DNA of 64,000 bases from assembly GCA_030265585.1 (NCBI GenBank), contig JAJDGJ010000001.1, positions 2,388-66,387 of the forward strand, in the 5' to 3' direction. Origin of the DNA: Erysipelotrichaceae bacterium OttesenSCG-928-M19. Lineage in GTDB: Bacteria; Bacillota_I; Bacilli_A; JAJDGJ01. Position numbers and translations under genes: made by a program. The notes under the pieces are model-generated. The model was given only the letters and a program-made list of their open reading frames with translations, was not told the DNA's origin and did no database searches. Below are positions 30,734-41,512 of the stretch, in pieces; the stretch's first letter is position 1, and each line of letters opens with the position of its first letter.

Positions 30734-31805
30734 TACTTTCACCAGCTAATTTTAATTTTTGTTCATGAGCAATTAAAGCATCTAAAATCTCATCTAACTT
30801 ACCATCCATAATACGATCAAGAGCTTGTAATGTTAAATTGATACGATGGTCTGTGACTCTATTTTGTGGATAGTTATACGTTCTAATTTTTTCAGCACGA
30901 TCACCACTACCAATTGTTTGTTTTCTAATGGCACCTTCTTTTTCTTCTTGTTGTGACATAATATTTTCATAAACCTTAGCACGAATAATCTTCATTGCTT
31001 GTTCCTTATTTTCATGTTGAGAACGACCATCTTGACAAGTAACTACGGTATTAGTTGGCAGATGGGTAATTCTAACTGCAGAATCAGTGGTATTTACTGA
31101 TTGACCACCAGCCCCACTTGAGCGATAAGTATCTATTTTTAAATCATTAGCATTAATTTGAACATCAACTTCCTCAGCTTCAGGCATGACTAGTACTGTA
31201 GCTGTCGATGTATGAATACGCCCTTGTGATTCTGTTTTAGGAACACGTTGGACACGATGAGCTCCTGATTCAAATTTAAGTTTGGAATAAACTAAATTTC
31301 CTTTCAACATAAATGATATTAAAGAAAAACCACCAGCTTCAGCCTCGTTTACTTCTAATGTTTCAATTTTCCATCCTTGAGCTTCTGCATATCTAACATA
31401 CATACGATAAAGATCACCTGCAAAAATATTAGCTTCATCACCACCAGCGGCTCCCCTAATTTCAACAATAACATTCTTTTCATCATTAGGATCCTTAGGT
31501 ATTAATAATACCTCTATTTCCTCAATCAAAGCTTCTTGTTTTGCCTCAAGGTCTGCTTTTTCCATTTGAGCCATTTCAACGATTTCTTGATCATCTTCAT
31601 TTAATAATTCTTCCGCTTGTTTGATACCTTCTAGAATTTCAAGTAATTTCTTATAAGCTAAAAAACTAGGTTCTAAATTACTTAATTCTTTGTTTAATTT
31701 TGTCATTTCTTCAATATCACTAGTAATATTTGAATCCATTAATAACTCATTAATTTCATTATATCTTGCTTTAATAACTTCTAATCTATCAATCATTTTA
31801 TCCAT
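30723..31805 (-). CDS. prfA: Peptide chain release factor 1
   Basis: PKT motif, GAGGQSVN, ESGAHRVQRVP; RBS AGGAGTG before ATG 31805. Confidence 0.96.
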   Translation of the reverse strand: MDKMIDRLEVIKARYNEINELLMDSNITSDIEEMTKLNKELSNLEPSFLAYKKLLEILEGIKQAEELLNEDDQEIVEMAQMEKADLEAKQEALIEEIEVLLIPKDPNDEKNVIVEIRGAAGGDEANIFAGDLYRMYVRYAEAQGWKIETLEVNEAEAGGFSLISFMLKGNLVYSKLKFESGAHRVQRVPKTESQGRIHTSTATVLVMPEAEEVDVQINANDLKIDTYRSSGAGGQSVNTTDSAVRITHLPTNTVVTCQDGRSQHENKEQAMKIIRAKVYENIMSQQEEKEGAIRKQTIGSGDRAEKIRTYNYPQNRVTDHRINLTLQALDRIMDGKLDEILDALIAHEQKLKLAGESNEH

Positions 31806-31941
31806 CTTATCACTCCTAATTTCACGATACTCATTATACACTAAAAGCGGATATTTGTCATTGATTATCAAATTGTTTACAAATTAAAAGTGTCTTTAAC
31901 ATTTTTTTGCATAAAAGACACTTTATCCTAATTTCTTTCTC

Positions 31942-33183
31942 TTATTTAAGATAACTTAAATGGTTATACAAAGGATACTTAGCTGTTAAATCTTCAATCA
32001 TGGCTTGAGCCTCTTTAATAATTGCTTCATCTTGATGATTTTTTAATACATTTACCATAACATTTGCCATTGTTTGAATATCAGCTTCACTAAATCCTCT
32101 TGTTGTAATAGCGGGTGTTCCAAGTCTAATACCACTAGTAGTAGCTGGTGGTAAACTATCATTTGGAATCGTGTTTTTATTAACTGTAATATAGACTTCA
32201 TCTAATACTTTTTCGGCTTCTTTTCCCGTAATATTAAAACTACTCTTAACATCTACTAACAATAAATGATTATCTGAGCCCCCGCTTACTAAAGTAGCTC
32301 CTAGTTTTTTTAATTCAGCAGCAAGAATTTGGTTGTTTTTAATAATTTGTTGTTGATACTTTTTAAATTCTGGTTGCAATGCTTCAAAAAAGCAAGCTGC
32401 TTTAGCACCAATGATATGCATAAGTGGTCCACCTTGAATTCCTGGGAAAACTTTTCCATCAATCTTTTTAGCATACTTTTCTTTACAAAGTATCATACCA
32501 CCGCGAGGTCCACGTAATGTTTTATGCGTTGTTGTTGTCACAAAATCAGCATATAATACTGGGTTTTGATGTAGCCCAGCCGCTACTAAACCTGCAATAT
32601 GTGCCATATCCACCATGAGATAAGCACCAACTTCAGCAGCAATCTCTTTGAATTTTTTAAAATCAATCGCACGTGGATATGCTGAAGCTCCTGCAACAAT
32701 CATTTTTGGTTTTTCTTTTAAAGCTATTTCTCTTACTTTATCATAGTCAATTAATTGCGTTTGTTCATCAACACCATAACTAACCACCTCAAAAGAGAAC
32801 CCTGAGAAGTTTAAAGGATGGCCATGTGTTAAATGACCTCCTTCATTAAGTGACATTCCCAATATCTTATCGCCATAATTTAACACACTTAAATAAACAG
32901 CCATATTAGCTTGTGAGCCTGAATGTGGTTGTACATTAACGTGTTCAGCTTTAAATAGTTCTTTAGCACGATCGATGGCTAATTGTTCAACTTCATCAAT
33001 AAACTCACAACCTCCATAATAACGTTTACCTACATAGCCTTCTGCATATTTGTTTGTTAAAATGCTACCAGCTGCTTCCATTACCTGATTACTAACTATA
33101 TTTTCTGAAGCAATCAATTCAATGTTTTTTCTTTGACGCATTAATTCTCTTTCAATACTCGCAAATAATTTTTCATCTCTCAT
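31942..33183 (-). CDS. glyA: Serine hydroxymethyltransferase
   Basis: [36 protein letters not shown]. Confidence 0.97.
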   Translation of the reverse strand: MRDEKLFASIERELMRQRKNIELIASENIVSNQVMEAAGSILTNKYAEGYVGKRYYGGCEFIDEVEQLAIDRAKELFKAEHVNVQPHSGSQANMAVYLSVLNYGDKILGMSLNEGGHLTHGHPLNFSGFSFEVVSYGVDEQTQLIDYDKVREIALKEKPKMIVAGASAYPRAIDFKKFKEIAAEVGAYLMVDMAHIAGLVAAGLHQNPVLYADFVTTTTHKTLRGPRGGMILCKEKYAKKIDGKVFPGIQGGPLMHIIGAKAACFFEALQPEFKKYQQQIIKNNQILAAELKKLGATLVSGGSDNHLLLVDVKSSFNITGKEAEKVLDEVYITVNKNTIPNDSLPPATTSGIRLGTPAITTRGFSEADIQTMANVMVNVLKNHQDEAIIKEAQAMIEDLTAKYPLYNHLSYLK

Positions 33184-33202
33184 TTTTAAAACCCCTTTCC
33201 AA

Positions 33203-33243
33203 TAAAAAAAACTAGTCTATTAGATTACCCTAACAAACTAGTT
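33203..33243 (-). terminator. Attenuator terminator in the glyA 5' leader
   Basis: AACTAGTTTGTTAG-ggtaat-CTAATAGACTAGTT then TTTTTT on the minus strand, just before the glyA RBS. Confidence 0.8.
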
Positions 33244-33282
33244 ATAATGATGATTAAATCATTAAATCATGTTATTGTTAAC

Positions 33283-33357
33283 CTAACACTCAAAAACACC
33301 TACAACTGTAGATGAAGAAGATGTTAAGTTTGTTGTAAACATATAATTCTTTTTCAT
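33283..33357 (-). CDS. Putative Ser-rich leader peptide MKKNYMFTTNLTSSSSTVVGVFEC (24 aa)
   Basis: RBS AAGGTG 7 nt before ATG; four consecutive Ser codons TCT TCT TCA TCT; lies between the promoter and the leader terminator. Confidence 0.7.
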   Translation of the reverse strand: MKKNYMFTTNLTSSSSTVVGVFEC

Positions 33358-33377
33358 TAGCCATCACCTTTTGCGAA

Positions 33378-33406
33378 ATTATAACAAATATTTTTCTTTA
33401 TTTCAA
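33378..33406 (-). promoter_or_regulatory. Sigma-A promoter of the glyA leader
   Basis: TTGAAA-17 nt-TATAAT with TG extension. Confidence 0.8.
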
Positions 33407-33556
33407 GCTCAATTTTTATAATTAGTTAAAAAACTGAAATTTACTATTTTTTTATTTATCATAAAAGAGTATCTTAGTCTAACAATTGATAATAAAAATA
33501 GACAAATTGCACAAACATTTCGATTGCTTTTATGATATAATATTAATGGTGATATT

Positions 33557-34150
33557 ATGATTAGAAATGTCTACTTACTAACTGATGATTCAGAAAAAAA
33601 AGAAAAGCTAGTTAAATACTTAAATAATAATAATAAGTATGCTATTAGTATTGAAACTCTTAATAATGGAGTTTTACTTATCAAAGAAAATTATACTAAA
33701 TTCGAACAATTGGTTGATTATAATTATATCTATCAATTGTTTGCTAATGAGATTAAAACTGATTTATCTATCTTAATTGTTAATGATGGTATTTTTACTA
33801 ATTTAGATTATTTTGCTAAAGAGTTTCTGGTAAATACCTATTGTAATGTTTATGATGCCTCTGCTCTAGTCTATTATTGTTTTGTAAAGAATGATCACGA
33901 TTATATCATAGAGGAGTTTTATGATTATTTTAGTCGTTTAGATGAAGAGCTTGTTGAATCAGTTTATATGTTTTTAGATAATAATCTTAATAGTTTAAAA
34001 ACAGCTCGTGATTTATTTTTACATCGCAATACTTTAAATTATCGTTTAAGAAAATTTCATTATATTACAGGAATTGATATTAGAACGACACGAAGTGCTA
34101 GTTTAATTCACTCTTATCGAATTAGACACCACTATCGCTTTATCAAATAA
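33557..34150 (+). CDS. PucR/CdaR-family HTH regulator (short form)
   Basis: FLDNNLNSLKTARDLFLHRNTLNYRL..ITGID motif. Confidence 0.85.
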   Translation: MIRNVYLLTDDSEKKEKLVKYLNNNNKYAISIETLNNGVLLIKENYTKFEQLVDYNYIYQLFANEIKTDLSILIVNDGIFTNLDYFAKEFLVNTYCNVYDASALVYYCFVKNDHDYIIEEFYDYFSRLDEELVESVYMFLDNNLNSLKTARDLFLHRNTLNYRLRKFHYITGIDIRTTRSASLIHSYRIRHHYRFIK

Positions 34151-34162
34151 AGGAGACTATCT

Positions 34163-36574
34163 ATGCTAAGTGCTATTGTAAAACAACTTGATCCTAGTGA
34201 AAATACACTTTTAATTGTTCCTTATAAATATCATAATCAACTTTATTCTGAGCTTTTAAAAGATAATAATATTATCTTCAATTTGAGTCTTTTAGATATT
34301 AATAGTTTTTGTGCTAATCTTCTGACTGATAATCAAATTGATTTTTATGATGAAACAACGATGATAAAAAAAATCAATATTCACAAGCAATTAAAGAGGA
34401 TTAAAAATCCTTTACATAGTTCTCTCAATTATCTTAATGAACTATTTTTATTGGAACAAGAATGTAATTTATCTAATATTGAGCTTACTAATGATTATAA
34501 TCAATGTTTAACAACCAAACAATTAGATCTGGATAATCTTCACTGTCTTTATGGTAAAATTATTATTTTAACTACTGAAGATTTCTATCCCTTACATTAT
34601 GAAATAATAAATAAATTAGCAACTAAAATTAGCTATCTTGATAAACCACAAGCACAACAACAATTAATACATGAGCATAATAATATTATTAAAATGCTTG
34701 ATTATGTTATCTATGAAATCTATGAGAACTATGATGATAATAAAACAGTATTATTGCTTTGTGATAATCTTTATCAACAAGATTATCTAATTAATAAATT
34801 TAATGAATTAAAACTACCACTCAATGCTTTAATCAATGAAAAAAGTAATGATATTTACTTATTAAGTTCTCTTTTTGCGCTATTAAACAATGATTATACT
34901 GATTTTGATTTTAATAATGTTAAGAGAAATTTCAAGGAACAAATCGCAAGGTTTTTTTCATTAGAGAAAAATAATTATCATCTTTATCTAGAGCAACTTT
35001 ATGAAATTCTAGTTGACTCTCAATTATTTGATATCTCTTTTTTAAATATTCTTTTTAAAGATTTATATTTGATTGATGATCTTGATCTTTCTTTATTGAA
35101 TAAACTGTTGTTTCAGACTTTACAACCACAATTAACAAATAAAATCAGCTTTAATAATGCTGCTATAACGTTAGCTAGCACTGATTTCAATGCCTTGTTT
35201 TTTGATAAAGTTTATATTTTAGATGCTAGTTTAACTACTTTTAAAGCTAAAAAAACATCATACTTACTTAACTATCAACAAAGAAAGAAAATAAATCCCA
35301 CTTTAATTACAAATGTCTACTACAATGAACAACATCAGGATGCTCAGCAACGTTTATTAAATTGTGGTCGTGTCGTTAAAATTCATTATTCGCTCTTAGA
35401 TTCTGATAATAAATCTCAAGAATTAGCCTATTTTATTAAAATGGCTCTAGCTCATCCTAATAGCAATGACTATCCTTTAGAAAACAACCATGATTTCTAT
35501 CACTTACTAAGCAAAAAAATAATTAGTGAATACATACCTACTAATAGTGGTAAAATAGCTTTAAATACTACTACGCTAGCTAATAAGCTTAATGATAAGA
35601 TCACTCTTTCATCATCAGCTCTTGATACTTTCTTTAACTGTCCTTATCAATATTATGTCTCTTACTTATTAAAGCCACAATCAAATCAAAGTTTTGATGC
35701 TTTATCTTTGGGGAATATTTATCATAGTCTCATTGAAAAAATAAATGACTTGTTGTTAGAAAATGATGGTTTACTTAATGATGAACTCCACAAAGACTTG
35801 CCTTTACTAATTGATGGTTGGCTTGATGAAGAATTACAGCCTATGCTTGATAAGCAATTATTAGAAAAATATCAACTTGATAACTATAAAGATGATCTTA
35901 AGGCAACAATTAAGCTATTTATTGATGCGACAATCTTTTTTAGTCAACATTCAAAGTTTAAAATTACTGCTAGTGAATTAGCTCTAACTAGTTTGTTTGA
36001 TAATAGTTATTTTAATGATGTTCAACTATACGGACGTATTGATGCTCTATTTTCTTATCAAGATAAAAGTTTCATTCTAGATTATAAATCAAGTGAAAGA
36101 ACCTTCTCTGAAAGTAAATTTCTTGAAGGTTTAAGCAACCAGCTAATTGTCTATTTGTATTTACTACAACAAAACAACTATAATTATGTCGGAGCCTTCT
36201 TTAAATCAATTAAAGATGATTATGTAACTAGTAATAATATTATAGATTTTGAAAATAACAAGCAGCTTCATTTAACGAAGAATAAACTTAATGGCATCTT
36301 ATTAGATAACTTTAATATTACTGATTTTGATAGTGCATTTTTAGAAGGTAGTGATAGTATTATCGCTAATCTTAAATTAAAAAAAATACAGACAAAAGAA
36401 CAACTTGATGAGTATTTTAAAATCTTAGAAAATCATTTTGAAACTTTATTACAAGCTCTTAAAACTGGTGAGTTTTTAATTGAACCTTATTCTGAAGCAA
36501 GTTGTCAGTATTGTAATTATAAAGTGATTTGTAAGTATCATAATAACTTGGTAAAGGAGCAGGATGATGAATAA
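34163..36574 (+). CDS. addB: AddB/RexB-like PD-(D/E)xK nuclease subunit
   Basis: LSSSALDTFFNCPYQY, GRID..LDYKS, QL..Y, CQYCNYKVIC (4-Cys Fe-S staple); overlaps addA. Confidence 0.8.
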   Translation: MLSAIVKQLDPSENTLLIVPYKYHNQLYSELLKDNNIIFNLSLLDINSFCANLLTDNQIDFYDETTMIKKINIHKQLKRIKNPLHSSLNYLNELFLLEQECNLSNIELTNDYNQCLTTKQLDLDNLHCLYGKIIILTTEDFYPLHYEIINKLATKISYLDKPQAQQQLIHEHNNIIKMLDYVIYEIYENYDDNKTVLLLCDNLYQQDYLINKFNELKLPLNALINEKSNDIYLLSSLFALLNNDYTDFDFNNVKRNFKEQIARFFSLEKNNYHLYLEQLYEILVDSQLFDISFLNILFKDLYLIDDLDLSLLNKLLFQTLQPQLTNKISFNNAAITLASTDFNALFFDKVYILDASLTTFKAKKTSYLLNYQQRKKINPTLITNVYYNEQHQDAQQRLLNCGRVVKIHYSLLDSDNKSQELAYFIKMALAHPNSNDYPLENNHDFYHLLSKKIISEYIPTNSGKIALNTTTLANKLNDKITLSSSALDTFFNCPYQYYVSYLLKPQSNQSFDALSLGNIYHSLIEKINDLLLENDGLLNDELHKDLPLLIDGWLDEELQPMLDKQLLEKYQLDNYKDDLKATIKLFIDATIFFSQHSKFKITASELALTSLFDNSYFNDVQLYGRIDALFSYQDKSFILDYKSSERTFSESKFLEGLSNQLIVYLYLLQQNNYNYVGAFFKSIKDDYVTSNNIIDFENNKQLHLTKNKLNGILLDNFNITDFDSAFLEGSDSIIANLKLKKIQTKEQLDEYFKILENHFETLLQALKTGEFLIEPYSEASCQYCNYKVICKYHNNLVKEQDDE

Positions 36575-39500
36575 TAAAATTGAATTTACTAGCGAACAAA
36601 AACAAGCTATTGAATATGATAATAATAATATTTTAGTTAGTGCTGCTGCTGGTTGTGGAAAGACGACTTTACTAATTGAAAGAATTATTAGAAAAGTTTT
36701 AATTGATAAAATTAGTCTTAATCAATTAATTGTTGTTACCTTTACTGAAGCTGCAGCGGCTGAATTGAAAGAACGTTTAGAAAAAGAATTACAAAAGCGC
36801 TTAGCTGATGATCCTATTTTCATTCAGCAACAACTTACTTTACTTGATGATGCCTATATTTCTACTTTTCATGCATTATGTTTGCGTTTGCTTGAAGAAA
36901 ATGGTGTTTTATTTAATTATGAAAATAAGATTACTATCGCTGATGAATTACAAATTAAAAATCTTAAATTAAAAGCTTTTAAACAATTAGATAAGAACAA
37001 TGCTAATAATGAAAGCTATCTTCAATTTAAAAATTATACTTCTTCATTATACGATAGTACTGGTCTTTACAATTTAATTAATAACACCTTAAAACTATGT
37101 CTTAATAAACAGAGTTTGACTTTCTTTATTGCTAAAGCTAATTCATATTTGCAACCAACATCTATTTTCGATGAGCCTAGCTTTTCACAATTACAAATTC
37201 AAACAACTAAGAATAGTCTTAATCTTATTATTAAGTTATTAGAAAATAGTCTTGATCAGGAAAACTCAGAAAAAATCAATCTTGAAATTACTAATACAAT
37301 TGCTTTATTTAATGATTTACAACAACTATTAAAGCAAAGAAACTACCAGGAAATTTATTTGAAACTTAAAGAGTTTAAACTTTTTAGAAAGCCGACTATT
37401 ACTAAGAATAACTCAAATGAAATAGCACGTCGTTATCATAGTGAAATTAAGGATGAAATAGAAAAAACATTACGTCCACTTTATTGTCTATCTAATGATG
37501 AGTATTTGTTTTTATTGAAAAATAATAATGATAATTTGCAGCTTCTTTTAGAATATGTTGCTGAATATGATGACATACTAAAACAGTTAAAAAGACAAAG
37601 TGGTATCTTAGAGTTTGATGATCTTGAACAAGAGACACTAGCTTTATTATATAATGGTGAACAAGAAAGTGAAGTTGCGTATCGTTTAAAAGAGACTTTT
37701 AATGAAGTTATGATTGATGAATATCAAGATACTAATCTAATTCAAGAAAAGATTGTTGCTGCTTTAACAAAGGGTAATAATACTTTTATGGTAGGTGATT
37801 TAAAACAATCTATCTACCGCTTTAGAAACGCTACACCACAATTATTTGCTAGTAAATATGAGCTATATCAAAATGAGACTAACTATGGTAAGCTGATTGA
37901 TTTAGGTTATAACTTTCGTTCTAAAAAGGAAGTCTTAGCATTTACAAATTATATTTTTAGATCTGTTTTCTCAAGAAATATTGGTGGGATTGATTATGAT
38001 AAAAATAATGCCTTAAAGTTTAAAAATGAAAAGCTTAATGAAATTAAAGGTGACTTCAATACTAAACTATTTTGTAATATCATTAAGGATGAGCCAGAAG
38101 AAAAGCTTTCAGCAAATCAAAAATACCTTTTAAGTGCTAAAGCTATTGTTAATGAAATTAAAAACCTTGAGAAAAATGGTGTATCCTATAGTGAAATTAC
38201 AATACTATTTAAAAATAGAAAGCGCTCTACTATTCTAACCAATCTTTTAAAGCAAGAAAACATTCCTTTTATCATTCATAATAATAGTGGCTTTTATAAT
38301 TCATATGAAATAAGAGATATCTTAAATCTATTAAAAGTATTGACTGATAAATACAATGATACGGCTCTTATCGGAGCTTTACGCTCTTATTTTTTCAAAC
38401 TTGATGATAACGATTTATTAACTATTTCACAGCATTTCGCAAATAGTTATTATGATAAACTTGTAGCAACCTATCCTCAAGTAGCAACTTTACTTGATGA
38501 TTTAATTGCTTATTCACAAAGTAATACACCTTTGAGAACAATCAACTATTGTCTTGAAAAAACAGGTTATCTAAATTATTTAACTAAGCATAATGATTAT
38601 GAACAAGTTCTTTTAAATATTAATAGTCTTAAAAAGATCATTAATGAAAATATGGATTACTATCACTCTTTAGATTATCTTGTTCAAGAACTTGAGCATA
38701 ACATTGCCACAAATTATGATAATGCTCAAGCAGCCACTCTATCACAAAAAAGCAATGTTATTAATATTATGACTATTCATAAATCAAAAGGTTTAGAATT
38801 TAACTATGTTTTTATCTTTGATGAATCACAACGTAATAATATGGATAGCCTTAATAAAGAAAATATTAAATATTATAATGATTTTCTCTTATTGAAGTTT
38901 TTTGATCGACAACAAAGAATTACCTTTGTTAAAGAAAGTAATAATCCTTTAAATAACTTAATTAAAATTGCTACTAAAAAAGAAGAGATTGCCGAGGAAA
39001 TGCGCTTATTATATGTTGCTTTAACAAGAGCCAAATTACAAGTTTATATTTTTATGAATATTGAAGAAAAGAATCTAAATAATTATAATTTGTTGTTAAA
39101 CAATGAAAATGAGTGGTTGTTAAATGAGGCCATTATCATGAAATTTAAAAAACTACTTGATCCTCTTATTTTTAGTGTTTTACGACATAAAGACGCTGTT
39201 AGCTTAAGAGATAGTCAATTGATTATTGATAATGATGCTATTTATAGTGACTCATCATTACAGTTTTCAATTGCCGATTATGACTATTCGAATTTAAATA
39301 ATGATACTGCAATTACTGAATCTAATAACTACCCTATAAAGTATCTTGATATTAGAACAACAAATGAATTAGAACAAAGCATTACAACTTATACACCATC
39401 CAAACAAGCTACCACTAAATTAGATTTTAGTAAAATTACTAGTTTTGATACATTTAAACAAGGGACTAATATTCATAAAGTTCTTGAATTACTAGATTTT

Positions 39501-39884
39501 AAATCAGCAACAATTAAAGTTGATTTAGAAAATTTAATAAATAAATATAAAATTAACGCTAAGCGAACAAGCGGTCTCTACGCTTTTATAACTAGTGATT
39601 ATTTTCAATTATTTAGAGAAAACAATTATTATAAAGAATATAGTTTTTCTTATTTAAAAGATAACTTATTAACTAAAGGTATCATTGACTTATATGTTGA
39701 AACATCCGATACAATCTATATTGTTGATTATAAAAGTGATAATCTTAATCCTCAACAATTAAAAGAGACCTATCAAAATCAATTGTTATCTTATCAAGAT
39801 GTTATAAAAAAAACAACCACTAAAAGAATAAGTTGTTTAATTTATTCAATTGTTAATGAAGAGTTTATCGAAATAGATGCCTAG
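36567..39884 (+). CDS. addA: AddA helicase-nuclease
   Basis: SAAAGCGKT, VTFTEAAA, IDEYQDTN, VGDLKQSIYRFR, MTIHKSKGLEF, YVALTRA, GIID..IVDYKS. Confidence 0.92.
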   Translation: MNNKIEFTSEQKQAIEYDNNNILVSAAAGCGKTTLLIERIIRKVLIDKISLNQLIVVTFTEAAAAELKERLEKELQKRLADDPIFIQQQLTLLDDAYISTFHALCLRLLEENGVLFNYENKITIADELQIKNLKLKAFKQLDKNNANNESYLQFKNYTSSLYDSTGLYNLINNTLKLCLNKQSLTFFIAKANSYLQPTSIFDEPSFSQLQIQTTKNSLNLIIKLLENSLDQENSEKINLEITNTIALFNDLQQLLKQRNYQEIYLKLKEFKLFRKPTITKNNSNEIARRYHSEIKDEIEKTLRPLYCLSNDEYLFLLKNNNDNLQLLLEYVAEYDDILKQLKRQSGILEFDDLEQETLALLYNGEQESEVAYRLKETFNEVMIDEYQDTNLIQEKIVAALTKGNNTFMVGDLKQSIYRFRNATPQLFASKYELYQNETNYGKLIDLGYNFRSKKEVLAFTNYIFRSVFSRNIGGIDYDKNNALKFKNEKLNEIKGDFNTKLFCNIIKDEPEEKLSANQKYLLSAKAIVNEIKNLEKNGVSYSEITILFKNRKRSTILTNLLKQENIPFIIHNNSGFYNSYEIRDILNLLKVLTDKYNDTALIGALRSYFFKLDDNDLLTISQHFANSYYDKLVATYPQVATLLDDLIAYSQSNTPLRTINYCLEKTGYLNYLTKHNDYEQVLLNINSLKKIINENMDYYHSLDYLVQELEHNIATNYDNAQAATLSQKSNVINIMTIHKSKGLEFNYVFIFDESQRNNMDSLNKENIKYYNDFLLLKFFDRQQRITFVKESNNPLNNLIKIATKKEEIAEEMRLLYVALTRAKLQVYIFMNIEEKNLNNYNLLLNNENEWLLNEAIIMKFKKLLDPLIFSVLRHKDAVSLRDSQLIIDNDAIYSDSSLQFSIADYDYSNLNNDTAITESNNYPIKYLDIRTTNELEQSITTYTPSKQATTKLDFSKITSFDTFKQGTNIHKVLELLDFKSATIKVDLENLINKYKINAKRTSGLYAFITSDYFQLFRENNYYKEYSFSYLKDNLLTKGIIDLYVETSDTIYIVDYKSDNLNPQQLKETYQNQLLSYQDVIKKTTTKRISCLIYSIVNEEFIEIDA

Positions 39885-39897
39885 CATCTATTTTTTG
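39871..39897 (+). terminator. Terminator after addA
   Basis: AAATAGATGC-cta-GCATCTATTTTTT. Confidence 0.7.
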
Positions 39898-40017
39898 ATA
39901 CTCCAAAATCATAAAGCCAGGCATAATCTTTTATAGTGATAATTATAATGATATTGCTATATCTAAAACACTTTGCTTACATTAAAAAAGTATGACCAAA
40001 GTCATACTAGTTCATTA

Positions 40018-40659
40018 TTATTTATCTTCCTTTTTTCTTTCATTATGTTTCAAATCATTTTCCAAATCATAATGAATTACTAGATGGCGGTGTTTTCCTT
40101 CACCATATGATTTAGTTTCAACATAGTGAACTTCTTTTAAGACTTTATGAATAACTTTACGATCATAATTTGGCATTGGATCAAGTTTAACATCAATCTT
40201 TGTTCTACCAACCTCAGCTGCTATCTTATATGCAAAACGTTTTAATTTTTCTTCTTTTTCTTTAAAATAATCATTAACATCTAAAGTAATAAAAAATCTT
40301 TTGTGATAAATATTACTCATTGCTTGTTTTGTTAATGTTTCTAAAGCATATAAATTCTTACCATTAACACCAATAATTAGTCCATTGTTATCAGTATTGA
40401 TATTAACATAGTAATCATTTTCCTCATAGGTAACATCGATTTCCACAGTAAAATCCATTGCTTCTAAAACAGTTGTAATATAGTCTTTAATTGAGTTAAT
40501 ACAATCTTTATAAGTGAAAGCCTCAATTTCTACTTTACTAAAAATTGAAAACCCCGATTGATCAATAACACGATATTCAATTTCAGAAACTGCAATGTCT
40601 TGTTCTTTACTAATTTCTTCTAAAAGCTGTTCAACATTTTTACCTTGATACTTTTTCAT
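40018..40659 (-). CDS. jag: Jag/KhpB (EloR) RNA-binding protein
   Basis: KH motif LIIGVNGKNLYALE, R3H motif RKVIH; follows yidC. Confidence 0.9.
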   Translation of the reverse strand: MKKYQGKNVEQLLEEISKEQDIAVSEIEYRVIDQSGFSIFSKVEIEAFTYKDCINSIKDYITTVLEAMDFTVEIDVTYEENDYYVNINTDNNGLIIGVNGKNLYALETLTKQAMSNIYHKRFFITLDVNDYFKEKEEKLKRFAYKIAAEVGRTKIDVKLDPMPNYDRKVIHKVLKEVHYVETKSYGEGKHRHLVIHYDLENDLKHNERKKEDK

Positions 40660-41506
40660 CTTTCTCAACCTTTCTCATGAACCTATCAATATAGAATGCT
40701 TGAGCAATTGAAATCAATGCAGAGACCGTTAAATATATTGACATGGCTGATATTAATGTGAATGACATGAAAACCATCATAATCGTAAATCCATACATCA
40801 TTATCCCCATTTGTTTATTCATTTTTTCTGCCTGTGGATTATAACGATATGATTTACTATCTTTTTGTCTTTGTGTTGTTAAATGGTTAGTTAATCTAAA
40901 CTGAACAAATTGCGTTACTCCAACAAGTAGCATTAAGATAAGGTAGTGAAACTCACCATTTCCTAGCGCAGTTTGCGGAGATACTCCTAATGCAAACCCT
41001 AAGAATGGTTCAGAAACTTTAATGATTTCTGACATTGATGTCGCACGCCAAACTCCCATGAATATTGGTAATGATAAGAATGGGTACAACATACCAGACA
41101 TTGGATTAACATCCATGCTTTGATATATCTTTTGCATTTCAGCTGCTTTACGCTGTTTTGAAGACTCATCAGTACGCCCACGATATTTGTCTTCAAGTTC
41201 TTGTATTTTTGGTTGTAATTCTTGCATACCTCTTGAAGCCATTTGTCCTTTTAACGTTACTGGCAATGTTACTGTTCTTACAATAATAGTTGTTAGTATC
41301 ATTGCGATTGCTGCAACGCCAATGATAGCAGTTAACTTATTAATTAAAACCCCGATTGGATAAACGATAAATCCCTGGAAGATTCCATATTGAAAACCAC
41401 CACCAAGTGTTGCATCAACAGGAATAGTGAAATTCATATTACCCGCGCATGATGTTAAAATCATCGTAACTAAGAAAACAATGAGAACATTTTTTACTAT
41501 TTTCAT
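40640..41506 (-). CDS. yidC: Membrane protein insertase YidC
   Basis: Lipobox LTSC, TIIVRTVTLP, MQELQPKIQEL, VNPMSG..LPI. Confidence 0.92.
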   Translation of the reverse strand: MKIVKNVLIVFLVTMILTSCAGNMNFTIPVDATLGGGFQYGIFQGFIVYPIGVLINKLTAIIGVAAIAMILTTIIVRTVTLPVTLKGQMASRGMQELQPKIQELEDKYRGRTDESSKQRKAAEMQKIYQSMDVNPMSGMLYPFLSLPIFMGVWRATSMSEIIKVSEPFLGFALGVSPQTALGNGEFHYLILMLLVGVTQFVQFRLTNHLTTQRQKDSKSYRYNPQAEKMNKQMGIMMYGFTIMMVFMSFTLISAMSIYLTVSALISIAQAFYIDRFMRKVEKDEKVSR

Positions 41507-41512
41507 CTTAGT

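Noticed and set aside
33290-33364. Alternative leader frame MANEKELYVYNKLNIFFIYSCRCF
   Set aside because: Its ATG directly abuts the AAGGTG Shine-Dalgarno (zero spacing), whereas the Ser-rich frame has 7-nt spacing.
33184-33380. T-box, glycine or ZTP riboswitch upstream of glyA
   Set aside because: No TGGNACC T-box motif and no recognisable glycine or ZTP aptamer core by eye; an Infernal scan would be needed to exclude them fully.
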